64,000 nt of DNA from Candidatus Hodarchaeota archaeon. Lineage in GTDB: Archaea > Asgardarchaeota > Lokiarchaeia > Sigyniarchaeales > SOKP01. Below, one piece after another: positions 10,222-19,839 of this stretch. The position numbers and the translations under genes are program-made. The DNA is taken from the NCBI GenBank assembly GCA_048886685.1, contig JBHLKM010000005.1:42958-106957 (forward strand), read 5' to 3'. Positions within the stretch are counted from its first letter, which is position 1. Every line of letters starts with the position of its first letter. A model generated the notes under the pieces. That model searched no databases. It saw only the letters and a program-made list of their open reading frames with translations, and was not told where the DNA came from.

Positions 10222-12891
10222 TTAATATTTTATCTGTTCGATTAAATTAGGAATCTCCCGTATTTCAATTTCATATTGAGGATCTAAATCAAATATCCCC
10301 TCTAAAATGTTTTTTATACTCTCTAAACTATAGATTAAGTTTTCTAAATATCCGATCATATCCCCCTTGTGAATTATAATTTTATATTCTTCACTAAAAT
10401 AATTACATATTTCCTCTATTGTTAATCTATGTTTTATTCTCAAGTTTAATATCATTTTTTCTAGGTTTAATCGTCCACAATCGCAGTATGGTGAATCTTT
10501 ACAACTACAATTAAAAATATCACTTACCCATTTCGATATGAATTCTACAAATTCTTTTGAAAATGTTTTTCTTTTTCGTACATAATCTGCATTCATTAGG
10601 GAAAGGACGCTACCACTAAATAGATTATTACTAAGATATCTCATATTCACATTTTTAGCTAAATCTGCTACAATTCCTTTAGATAAGTATAAGTTTTTAA
10701 TAGGTTTAAGGTCTAGAGCTATAGAAATTACAGATTTCTTCTTATTCTTTAAAATAGCTGCAATTTCTAAACACTGTTCGACTGATAAGAATGATTTTGC
10801 TATAGCTTGCCCTAAATGAGTGGATTTATAGACAAAATTTTCTCTTATTCTTATAAGTCCCATCTGGTTTAGTTTTCTTAAAAATAAATCTAATTCATAG
10901 CTGGCATTAATTAAAAGGTCGAAAAATTCATAGATAACTTCTTTCTCAATACCCTGAGTAAACATAGATATAAAGGCTAATAATTCAGTTAGACTTTTAC
11001 TTTCATTAGGGAGCAATTCGAAATCCTTAATTTTACCATTTAATAACTTGATAGCTATTTCTTCTTCAGTTTCTTTCATTTTTGGTGAATAAACCTTACC
11101 AGGCTCAACTAATAAATATGCATAACCTAAGTCATGTTTTTTTAATCTTCCACTTCGTCCAATCATCTGTTCGAATTCTGCAACTGTTAACCATTTTATA
11201 CCCATGGCTAATGATTCAAAAATTACTTGACTTGCTGGAAGATCTACACCCGCTGCTAATGCAGCAGTCGCGACTACCCCAGCAATCCTTTGAGATCGAA
11301 AATCCTCTTCAATTTCTTTTCGCTCTTCGTTAGTTAAACCAGAATGGTATGATGATACATTTACTCCTCTTTCTTGTAGATAAGCCGTGATTGATTCACA
11401 TTTTTTCCTAGTATTAGTAAAAATTATCGATTGACCTTTAAAACCATATTTAGATTTTTTATTGTATGCTGCTTTAACCAATTTTGTAATCTGTTTGTGT
11501 TTTTGAACTTGATTAAAGCAAAGTAGTAGATGTCTCTCAACAGGGACAGGTCTGTTATTATACATAATCAATGTGCAATCTAGTTTATCAGCTAATATTT
11601 TTGGTTCTCCTAACGTTGCACTTAAATATAAAAATTGAGCTCCATTATAAAGCAACTTCAAACGAGTAATGAAACCATCCAACAGATATCCCCTATCTGT
11701 ATCAATCAAAGTCTGAATTTCATCGACAATAATCGTACCTATATTTCCTAGGAGAGACTTTTTGCCACTTCTTAAAATATAATCTATTGCTTCATATGTA
11801 GCTATAATTATATCTGCATCGATCAACTCTTCTTGGACATTATCTTCAGTTTTTCCAAACAAGGATTCGCCTACCTTTTTAATTATTTTTAAATTTAAGG
11901 ATTTATATTTTTCTTTGAATTCTTCGGTTCTTAAATTAGCTAAAGCAACAATTGGGACTAGATAAAGCATTTTTGCATTTTTCGTTTCTAAAACTTTTGA
12001 AATACCTGCTAATTCTCCTACTAGTGTCTTTCCTCCTGAAGTGGGAGCCATAATTAATTGATTTGAATGTCTGCTAATTAAACCTTTCTCAATAGATAAG
12101 GCTTGAATTGGTAATAAAAACTTAAGATCAGATTGCTTTAGTACTGCTCTAAATAGCTTTGGGATTTCTAAATCTTCAATTTTTTGATTTAGATACCTTT
12201 TACTAATAGGAGATCTTTTTTCTATGTCATAAAGGGTAATGTCTCTATTAGTTATAGGATTAAAATCTGCTTGAAAAGCACTTAGTACTTTTTTTACATC
12301 TCGGAATTTTAAAATTATATGGGTAAAAAAATTTTTCAATTTTGTATTAATTCGATCTTGATTGATTAGACCTCTAAGTTTTGCTTCTCTAAAAATGATC
12401 TCATATGCACATTCAGAGCATATAATCTGATTATTAAAGGTTTTTATTTGAGATTTTTCGTTTAATATAGTAAATTTCTGAGTATTTAAGCAAGATTTGC
12501 AAAATGTTAAGCGCTTTATTTTGGTTTTATTAATTTGGAAATTTTTAAGCATTTCATCTATAGAAGCAAATCTTTCAAGAGAAGATTGGCTTGGAAATGC
12601 AATAAATCTATTATTATTAGAAACCAAAAATTTTTTGAAAAGTTGAGGATTAATTGGATTTACATTTCCATCTTTTTCAATCTTATTAAGACTTAAAGGA
12701 CGAATTCGATTTTTAAAATCTAATCCAAAGAGAACTGTACCCTTAAAAAAAGGTTCATTAATATATGAAAATTTGAAATCTTTTTCTTTATACTTTTTCA
12801 AATAAAAGAAATTGACATCAAAAATCAGATCCTTCTTAGATTTATCTTTTCGATCTAAAACTATAAAAAAATCTCTTGAAGGTATACTCAA
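10222..12891 (-). CDS. Archaea-specific Ski2-like DEAD/DEAH helicase (ASH-Ski2 / DUF5814 type)
   Basis: APTSGGKT, DEIQ, SAT, YHSGL, QMIGRSGR; N-terminal CxxC..CxxC and C-terminal CSCKDSPYCDCG. Confidence 0.88.
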   Translation of the reverse strand: MSIPSRDFFIVLDRKDKSKKDLIFDVNFFYLKKYKEKDFKFSYINEPFFKGTVLFGLDFKNRIRPLSLNKIEKDGNVNPINPQLFKKFLVSNNNRFIAFPSQSSLERFASIDEMLKNFQINKTKIKRLTFCKSCLNTQKFTILNEKSQIKTFNNQIICSECAYEIIFREAKLRGLINQDRINTKLKNFFTHIILKFRDVKKVLSAFQADFNPITNRDITLYDIEKRSPISKRYLNQKIEDLEIPKLFRAVLKQSDLKFLLPIQALSIEKGLISRHSNQLIMAPTSGGKTLVGELAGISKVLETKNAKMLYLVPIVALANLRTEEFKEKYKSLNLKIIKKVGESLFGKTEDNVQEELIDADIIIATYEAIDYILRSGKKSLLGNIGTIIVDEIQTLIDTDRGYLLDGFITRLKLLYNGAQFLYLSATLGEPKILADKLDCTLIMYNNRPVPVERHLLLCFNQVQKHKQITKLVKAAYNKKSKYGFKGQSIIFTNTRKKCESITAYLQERGVNVSSYHSGLTNEERKEIEEDFRSQRIAGVVATAALAAGVDLPASQVIFESLAMGIKWLTVAEFEQMIGRSGRLKKHDLGYAYLLVEPGKVYSPKMKETEEEIAIKLLNGKIKDFELLPNESKSLTELLAFISMFTQGIEKEVIYEFFDLLINASYELDLFLRKLNQMGLIRIRENFVYKSTHLGQAIAKSFLSVEQCLEIAAILKNKKKSVISIALDLKPIKNLYLSKGIVADLAKNVNMRYLSNNLFSGSVLSLMNADYVRKRKTFSKEFVEFISKWVSDIFNCSCKDSPYCDCGRLNLEKMILNLRIKHRLTIEEICNYFSEEYKIIIHKGDMIGYLENLIYSLESIKNILEGIFDLDPQYEIEIREIPNLIEQIKY

Positions 12892-13009
12892 ATATGAGAC
12901 CTACTAAAATTTTAAATTATTAATTAAACAGAATCTAAAAAAACACTTCAATTTTACGATTTTCAATATAAAACTGAAATAAAATAAGTTATTAAAAAAG
13001 AATAGAAAT

Positions 13010-13171
13010 TTAAAAACCAAAAACTCGTTTGATTTTATCATAGACTTCTTTAATTTGTCTTAACTTTGCTTCATCTCCTTGATTTAAAAAGTGCTCAACC
13101 CATTGCCCAAAAGCACCGCCTTTAATCCATTCAAGGAAATATTCAACTGATTGGCGTTCCTCTGCAGACAT
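13010..13171 (-). CDS. Small hypothetical protein (53 aa), below the ORF-track cutoff
   Basis: MSAEERQSVEYFLEWIKGGAFGQWVEHFLNQGDEAKLRQIKEVYDKIKRVFGF*; a GC-richer open frame inside an otherwise very AT-rich gap. Confidence 0.7.
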   Translation of the reverse strand: MSAEERQSVEYFLEWIKGGAFGQWVEHFLNQGDEAKLRQIKEVYDKIKRVFGF

Positions 13172-13322
13172 TTTTAATTCGTTCTTTTTTCTAATTTAAG
13201 TTTTTATTTTTAATTTTCTTCTATATAAAATTATAAATTATTCTATTTTATATTTTTATAATTTTAATTCGAAAAAATAAATTTTTTGAAATTTTTAACA
13301 AATTTTAAGAGATGATTAAAAA

Positions 13323-14279
13323 TTGTCAGTAAGAATTAAAACACCAAATCTTGATGATATTTTTGAAAAATGGAAACAAAAAGCTTCAAGAACGGATCGT
13401 AAAAGAATGGAAAAAGAATTTGGAACTAAGGGCGCTGTTTTTTCATTGGATGCAATTAGTGCAGCTGAATATGTAAAGGATACTATGAAGGAAGCAGCAA
13501 TTTATTTTGCTGTTAAGAAGTCTCTTGGTCCAGCACCAAAAGGAAAGGAAGAAAATACAGTAACTGCACCAAGGGTAGGTAGAGAACAATTCTATTCATT
13601 TAAAGGGGCAGGGAAGATTAATAAGGAGAAATGGAAAGGAAACGAAATTGTTCCGCAGTTTGAATCGATTCAAGCAGTTTCCTGCAAAACATGCAGAGGA
13701 AAGGGATATATCGAAAATAAATGCAAGACCTGTAAAGGTACTGGAAAAATAGAAGAAACTTTTACTGTATTGGTTGGTGAAGAACAAAAGAAAGAAAAAA
13801 AGCCGTTTTCTTATCCATGTGGTGCTTGTTATGGGTCTGGAAATAGAACAGAACCGTGTAAAGAATGCAGTGGACATAAAAATCTATACAAATATGAGGA
13901 ACTCCCTGTTCCATTTCAAACTGTAGTTACAGGTGTTCCTGTATTACATAGTAGCGCTCAAACTAAGTATGAGAAAGAAATTGGAGATGATCTTCACAAG
14001 ATGATTGAAGATGTTGAAGGAATTAAATTCAGTAATTTTAAGGAGTTAGACTCCAAGGCAGAAGCATCATTAGGATATTGGAATAAAAATATTAAGAAAA
14101 CAATAGGCTCTGCCGGTACCGATTATAAATCTTATGAAAAAGATAAAGATGCTCAAATTACTACTCAAATCTATCTTTTCCCTATGATACAGATGTTTGC
14201 TGAAACAAAACGTGGTAAAAGTTTCGAAATCTACAGTCTTGGTTCAGGAACTAAATTTATGGTATATTCTAATTTCTAA
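13323..14279 (+). CDS. DnaJ-type CXXCXGXG zinc-finger protein without J domain, SSUH2-like
   Basis: CKTCRGKG, CKTCKGTG, CGACYGSG, CKECSGHK; C-terminal IYLFP...GKSFEIYSLG...VYSNF. Confidence 0.7.
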   Translation: MSVRIKTPNLDDIFEKWKQKASRTDRKRMEKEFGTKGAVFSLDAISAAEYVKDTMKEAAIYFAVKKSLGPAPKGKEENTVTAPRVGREQFYSFKGAGKINKEKWKGNEIVPQFESIQAVSCKTCRGKGYIENKCKTCKGTGKIEETFTVLVGEEQKKEKKPFSYPCGACYGSGNRTEPCKECSGHKNLYKYEELPVPFQTVVTGVPVLHSSAQTKYEKEIGDDLHKMIEDVEGIKFSNFKELDSKAEASLGYWNKNIKKTIGSAGTDYKSYEKDKDAQITTQIYLFPMIQMFAETKRGKSFEIYSLGSGTKFMVYSNF

Positions 14280-14414
14280 CTAATTTTTTTTAGCTTATTT
14301 GAGAAAAATCGTTTTTATTGCTTTTTCTATTAACATTTTAATCAAAAATTTTATATATAAGTTTGAACTTATACATAAAATGTAACTTATATATTAAATA
14401 AAAGGTTAAAAAAT

Positions 14415-15035
14415 ATGGCTACTGATGAGAAACCTGAAGAAAACTTATTCCAAAAAGAGTATAAAAATTTTAAAGGATATGCCCTACCTATAAATGCTTT
14501 AGTACTTTCGATGATTGCTATTTTTACGGCTTTATCTTTTGTGATAACATTTTGGATTCAGATTCCTATTCCAGCAACTGGAGGATACATTAATATTGGC
14601 GATACAGCTGTAATGTTTACGGCTCTTTTATTTGGACCCATCATAGGTGGTATTGCAGGAGGCGTCGGACCAATGTTAGCGGATATCTTCTCGGGCGCTT
14701 ATATCATTTATGCTCCTGCTACATTGGTTATTAAGGGTATTGAAGGATTTTTAATCGGCTTAATTGCCAATCCAAAAGAATGTGAAGTTAGGATTTCTAC
14801 AGTTGATATGGTTGGTGTACTTACTGGAGGATTTTTAATACCTGTGGGTTATTTTATTTATGAGGCATTTATACTTGGTTTAGGAACTTCAGCTTTTGCA
14901 GAGATACCAGGGAACTGCTTTCAGTTCATATTTGCGGCAGCAGCCTCATTACTACTTACGGCTGCCTCAAGAAGGAATATAATCGATGGTTTACCACAGG
15001 TTTTTGATAAAGTATTTATTAGTAAATCTCAATAA
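14415..15035 (+). CDS. ECF transporter S component
   Basis: IPIPATGGYINIGD..LLFGP..GG..GGVG..LAD, YAPATLVIKG.EG. Confidence 0.9.
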   Translation: MATDEKPEENLFQKEYKNFKGYALPINALVLSMIAIFTALSFVITFWIQIPIPATGGYINIGDTAVMFTALLFGPIIGGIAGGVGPMLADIFSGAYIIYAPATLVIKGIEGFLIGLIANPKECEVRISTVDMVGVLTGGFLIPVGYFIYEAFILGLGTSAFAEIPGNCFQFIFAAAASLLLTAASRRNIIDGLPQVFDKVFISKSQ

Positions 15036-15040
15036 AGTAT

Positions 15041-16468
15041 TCATAACAATGTAATTAGAACATCTAAAGCATCCAAAACTTTTTTTCCACTATCGGTAAT
15101 TAAGTATAAAACATTTTTCCCTTCTTTTTTTCGAGAGATTAGACCTTTTGCTTCTAAATCTTTAAGATGTTGATATATTGCTGGTAATTTCACATAATCA
15201 ATTATTTCATTAAGATTAGTTCCTGATATTCCTCTAATACTTGATAATGAAATTTGGGACAATATTTTTAATTTAGTAATTATGATTGACCCTTTTCCAG
15301 CAGTTTTCGTCTGTGAAGAGATAGCTTCTAATATATAGGGTGCTTTTAAACCACTACCGGTTATAAGACAAACAATATTATCATTTGGATCAAAAATATT
15401 TTTTTGTTGTAATGATTCTACTGCTGCTAGAGTCAAAGCAGATGCAGGTTCAGCAAAAATGCCCTCATTTCTTATAAGTTTATCAACTGAATCTAAAATT
15501 GATTCTTCAGGAACCGCTATAACTGTTCCGTCAGTTTCTCTAATACTTTTAATAGCTAACTCGATATATAAAGGTTTTTTTACTAAAATCCCTAATGCAA
15601 GAGACTTGGTTATTTTTTGATTAATTGCTTTATCTTTCTTTAAAAATTCGTTAACGATAGGGGATAGAACTTGAGATTGCACCCCGACCAACTTAGGAAA
15701 ATTATCAATAAGACCTACTTTTTTAAGTTCATAAAATCCTTTCCATAGGCTTACTAGTAATTCCCCACTCCCCATAGGAATTATTATCCAATCCAACTTT
15801 TTCATCCGTTTTACAACTTCATAAGCAATGGTTTTTTGAGCTTCTAGTGTAAGTGGATTCAATTCTGGTGTACACTGATAATAATCTTCAAATTTTTTAT
15901 GTTCTAAAACATAATCAATTGCTTCATCTACAGTTTCGCCAATAATTTTTAAGTTAGAATTATAGGCAATCATTTGGGCTTTTTTCCCTAAATCGATTTC
16001 TTTTGGAATGATATTTAAACATTTCATATCTTTAAGGGAGGCATAAGCAGATATTGAAGCTCCTTGATTTCCATTCGAAGCGCAAATTGTTTTTTTATAA
16101 TCCCATGTATTTGCATGAGAAATTAACAATGTAGCAGCGCGGTCTTTAAAAGAGTTAGTTGGATTTTGAGTTTCATCTTTAAAAAACAACTTTTTTATTC
16201 CTAAATTTTCCCCAATTTCTTTTGAAATTATACAAGGAGTTCCCCCTTCTCCCAATGAAATGATAAAATGATTTTCTATTAAAGGAAATGCAAATTTATA
16301 ATCCCAAAATTTATAGTTGCCTTTAATTTGTGAGAATTTCTTTTTAAAACCTTCTAAGTTTTGCTCAAACCATAATAATCCTTTACATTCAGGACACTTA
16401 TGTTGAATAGAGGTAATTTCATACTTTTTTTCACAATTGATACAAGTTAAAGTTAGTGGTTTTTTAAT
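15041..16468 (-). CDS. thrC: Threonine synthase-family PLP enzyme with N-terminal zinc ribbon and C-terminal winged-helix domain; probable ATT start
   Basis: SLGEGGTP, NPTNSFKDR (PLP Lys), EGIFAEPASA, ITGSGLK. The frame stays open upstream of the tracked TTG (16255) through CINC..CPEC to ATT codons at 16468/16471. Confidence 0.85.
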   Translation of the reverse strand: MKKPLTLTCINCEKKYEITSIQHKCPECKGLLWFEQNLEGFKKKFSQIKGNYKFWDYKFAFPLIENHFIISLGEGGTPCIISKEIGENLGIKKLFFKDETQNPTNSFKDRAATLLISHANTWDYKKTICASNGNQGASISAYASLKDMKCLNIIPKEIDLGKKAQMIAYNSNLKIIGETVDEAIDYVLEHKKFEDYYQCTPELNPLTLEAQKTIAYEVVKRMKKLDWIIIPMGSGELLVSLWKGFYELKKVGLIDNFPKLVGVQSQVLSPIVNEFLKKDKAINQKITKSLALGILVKKPLYIELAIKSIRETDGTVIAVPEESILDSVDKLIRNEGIFAEPASALTLAAVESLQQKNIFDPNDNIVCLITGSGLKAPYILEAISSQTKTAGKGSIIITKLKILSQISLSSIRGISGTNLNEIIDYVKLPAIYQHLKDLEAKGLISRKKEGKNVLYLITDSGKKVLDALDVLITLL

Positions 16469-16592
16469 AATGAAATAACCTTGAAGATAGAATTTATTAT
16501 TGATTTATTAATTAATTGGTTTTTCTTATTATTAAGTCCTTTTAACAAACTTTCTTTTTTTGAGATAGAAAATGGTAGAAAATGATATGATT

Positions 16593-16616
16593 AAATTTAC
16601 GAAACATCGTAAATTT
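16593..16616. promoter_or_regulatory. Perfect 10-bp inverted repeat AAATTTACGA-aaca-TCGTAAATTT; candidate DtxR/MntR-family operator
   Basis: Abuts a TATA-like TTTTATA upstream of the ZIP-DtxR operon. Confidence 0.65.
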
Positions 16617-16672
16617 TATATTATTAATAATCCTAAATAAAACAATTCGAAATAATATAGAAGTGATGAAAT

Positions 16673-17437
16673 ATTCTAATATGGGTTATTTTATTTAGTA
16701 TTTTGGGAAGTGTTGGAGCAATTAGTGCGGCTGGGAGCTTTATGTTTTTAAGTGAAAAAGTACAAAAGGGACTAATACCAATTCTTATTGCTTTTGCTAC
16801 AGGAATTTTACTTACCGCCTCACTTTTAGGGTTAATTCCAGAAGCCCTCGAAGAAGTAGGAGAACCTCATATTATTATGCCATACATTTTAGGAGGTATC
16901 CTCTTTTTCTTTGTAATGGAAAAGATTATTATTTGGAGAAATTGTCGTGATAAAGAATGTGAGGTACATTCACATGCTTCTGGACCTATCATTCTTATTG
17001 GTGATTCTTTGCATAATCTAACAGATGGTATCGTTATCGCAGCAGCATTTTTGACGGATTCAACTAATCCTACTTTAGGAATTGTAGCAGGATTTACAAT
17101 CATTTTTCATGAACTGGCACATGAAACTGGAGATTTTGGTATCCTTTTGCATTCAGGTTATTCAAAAAGAAAAGCATTTCTTTATAATATATTCTCAAGC
17201 TCAACTACAATACCAGCAGCAATTATATCTTATTTCATTTTAGATTCGATAGAATTTACTATACCATTTTTGTTAGCAATATCTGCCGCGAGTTTTATTT
17301 ACATTGCTCTTTCCGACTTAACTCCAGATCTTCACCAACACACAGATTTGAAATATATCCTTCGTCAATTAATCGTTATCGTATTAGGAATTGTTCTGAT
17401 GACACTATTATTGTCAATAGGAGGTCATGAACACTAA
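16673..17437 (+). CDS. ZIP-family metal transporter; probable ATT start at 16673 (tracked start TTG 16703)
   Basis: AFATGILL...LIPEA, GDSLHNLTDG, HELAHETGDFG, FIYIALSDL.P; in-frame ILIWVILFSI completes TM1. Confidence 0.9.
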   Translation: MLIWVILFSILGSVGAISAAGSFMFLSEKVQKGLIPILIAFATGILLTASLLGLIPEALEEVGEPHIIMPYILGGILFFFVMEKIIIWRNCRDKECEVHSHASGPIILIGDSLHNLTDGIVIAAAFLTDSTNPTLGIVAGFTIIFHELAHETGDFGILLHSGYSKRKAFLYNIFSSSTTIPAAIISYFILDSIEFTIPFLLAISAASFIYIALSDLTPDLHQHTDLKYILRQLIVIVLGIVLMTLLLSIGGHEH

Positions 17438-17484
17438 AATTATCTTTTTTCATTTATTAAAGTAATATTGGTATTGTTTGGGTC

Positions 17485-17898
17485 ATGTTAGATTTTGAAT
17501 ATAGGGTTTTAAGATTATTATATCGGAAATATGCTCTAAAAGTCGGTACTATTGCTAAAGAGATTGGAGTACCTCATTCTACTGTAGGAAGTTGTGTTAA
17601 AAGATTAGAAAGACAAGGATATGTAATTTATCAACGTTATAAACCAGTATTTTTATCAGACAAAGGGAGAGATCTTGCTATTGAGTTAGATCGGCATGCG
17701 CATCTACTTGAAATGCTATTAATCAATGAACTTGAAATCGAAGCTGAATATGCTCATGCTGAATGTGAAAAATTTAATTTGCTTTTTTCATGTAATGTAA
17801 TAAACAAAATTTGTGAAAGATACAATCATCCAAAAGAATGTACATGTGGCGAAGAAATTTCATATTCTACAGATTGCTTTTGTGAAAAAGATCTTTAA
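17485..17898 (+). CDS. DtxR/MntR-family metal-dependent transcriptional regulator
   Basis: IAKEIGVPHSTV..VKRLERQGYV.Y..YK.V.LS.KG...A....RH..LLE, ECEKF, HPKECTCG. Confidence 0.88.
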   Translation: MLDFEYRVLRLLYRKYALKVGTIAKEIGVPHSTVGSCVKRLERQGYVIYQRYKPVFLSDKGRDLAIELDRHAHLLEMLLINELEIEAEYAHAECEKFNLLFSCNVINKICERYNHPKECTCGEEISYSTDCFCEKDL

Positions 17899-18428
17899 AA
17901 ATTCTTTTTACTAATAATATTAGTTGAAGCATATGCAGTTAATATTTTTCCATAAAAATAGTGATGACTGCTCAAATTTGATTTACTGGAATATATAATT
18001 TTACATTCATAATTTAAAATACAATTTTTTATCGTAGGTACTTTAGTATTCTTTCCGGGAATTGTTATCAATCCAGATTCACTTATTTTATCAACATTTC
18101 TCCCTGAATGAAATCCTGCTATATTTACAGCATGATAAGTTTTCTCTGAGGGTATATTAATCGTAAATTCATTTATACCTTCTGTTAATAATGTATATGT
18201 ATATCGACTATAAGCTACTTGAGCCCTAATAACAGGATAACCCTCAATTTCAGTAATTTTTTTCCAATCTAAAGCCATAACATTGCATTTACCTTTTTTA
18301 TCCATCGTTACCATTAATGCGGCATTTCCATCAAAATATTCAATGTATTCATCTGGTTCAATTTCTTCTCTGTTATATGACATTATTTTAAGCCTATTTT
18401 TTAATTTTTTCCAGAATTTTTTATACAA
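17895..18428 (-). CDS. Flavin reductase-like (FMN-binding split barrel) protein
   Basis: NVMALDW, RYT..LL, EFTINIP, G.HSGRNVDK, VPTI....LNYECK; real start probably MSYNR (18383). Confidence 0.85.
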   Translation of the reverse strand: MYKKFWKKLKNRLKIMSYNREEIEPDEYIEYFDGNAALMVTMDKKGKCNVMALDWKKITEIEGYPVIRAQVAYSRYTYTLLTEGINEFTINIPSEKTYHAVNIAGFHSGRNVDKISESGLITIPGKNTKVPTIKNCILNYECKIIYSSKSNLSSHHYFYGKILTAYASTNIISKKNF

Positions 18429-18436
18429 TGTATTAA

Positions 18437-19282
18437 TTAAGGAAGTCCTGCTCCTGGAACCTCTACCTCTACATATTCGATTTTTCCATTAGTTCTTTCA
18501 GAAGTAGACGTAGTTATAAAGAGTGTATCACGGTTGGGACCACCAAGCATACAGGCATATGCATTTGTTTCGATTTTTACTTTATGAGTAATTTTTCCCC
18601 CTTCAAGAACACGAACTACTCTATGTCGACCGGGAGCAGCGACCCAAATAGCACCTTCTGTATCTAAACAAATTCCATCTGGTGCAATGGATTTCAGATT
18701 TGCCCATATTCGACGGTTTTCTAAAGAGCCATCTTCCATGATATCGAATGCAGTAAGACGAGTTGCGAAAGTTTCTGCAACTATAAGTGTAGTTTCATCT
18801 GGTGTTATAACAGTCCCATTTGGAAATGCCATATCCCCAGCTACAATCCTAGAATCTCCACTTAATTCTATGAGTACTATTTCAGCAGGTTTAAAAGGTT
18901 GTGTATTAAAAAAATCGAAACCAAAATTCCCCACATAGGCTCTCCCTTTTTTATCAACAACCATATCGTTACAATTAAAAGTTGCTAGACCACTTAAGTC
19001 AGCATGTTCAGTAAGTCCTTTAGGATCAAGACGAAGTAAACGACAATTCTCCATTGATACTACTAATAAACTACTATCAGGAAGCCATCCTAGACCAGAA
19101 GGTCGATTTGGTATTTCTAATATTGTCTCTATATTTCCATCAAGATCAACCGTCATTACCTTATGACTATCCATATCAGAAAACCATAGTCTACCATTAT
19201 GCCAACGTGGACTTTCCGGGAATAATAAACCCTCAATAAGCACTTTTGTTTCTAGAAATACCATTTTTTTTACAATTATCAA
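18437..19282 (-). CDS. SMP-30/gluconolactonase/LRE family protein
   Basis: GLLFPESPRWH, NDMVVD..GRAYVG, FPNG, PDGICLD.EG.IWVA; start probably MVFLE (19264). Confidence 0.92.
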   Translation of the reverse strand: MIIVKKMVFLETKVLIEGLLFPESPRWHNGRLWFSDMDSHKVMTVDLDGNIETILEIPNRPSGLGWLPDSSLLVVSMENCRLLRLDPKGLTEHADLSGLATFNCNDMVVDKKGRAYVGNFGFDFFNTQPFKPAEIVLIELSGDSRIVAGDMAFPNGTVITPDETTLIVAETFATRLTAFDIMEDGSLENRRIWANLKSIAPDGICLDTEGAIWVAAPGRHRVVRVLEGGKITHKVKIETNAYACMLGGPNRDTLFITTSTSERTNGKIEYVEVEVPGAGLP

Positions 19283-19285
19283 AAA

Positions 19286-19576
19286 TTATGGTTCAAACTT
19301 TTTGTCGTTAATTATTTTATCTATAGCGAGAAGGCAAGCCTCTTCCCAATCATTGTCAGGATCAATACTCTCACCACAATCCGGGCACCAATCCTCGGGA
19401 TAACCTTCATCAAAATCCTCAGCTTCCATATCCCCATTTAAGATGCTACCACAATAAAAACAAACGCCATCATCATATCTATCTAAGATTTCAGAAATTA
19501 AATTGATTTTTTTCTTTGCATTCATCATAATAAGAGAATTTTTATTTAAAATATTATAGAATAAGAAAAAAAACAA
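19286..19576 (-). CDS. Small zinc-ribbon hypothetical protein
   Basis: CFYCG...WCPDCG, acidic; start likely at MMNAKK (19528). Confidence 0.6.
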   Translation of the reverse strand: MFFFLFYNILNKNSLIMMNAKKKINLISEILDRYDDGVCFYCGSILNGDMEAEDFDEGYPEDWCPDCGESIDPDNDWEEACLLAIDKIINDKKFEP

Positions 19577-19839
19577 TATAAGTGTTTAATGTAATTTAAA
19601 AAGGCTAGGATATAATATGAACTTCACTTTATCTTTTATTAGAAATTATTAAAAGATCTATCAAAGTGGTACTATCTATTTGCTAAAATATATATGGTTG
19701 TACTCTATAGATTAGCTAAATAAATTTAAATATATGTATCCTATTTTGTTTTTAAGAATTAAATTGTATTTAATAAATAATTGGGACAGTATTTATCTTT
19801 TCTATAGAAATATAACTGTTAATAAAGGCGATATAATAA

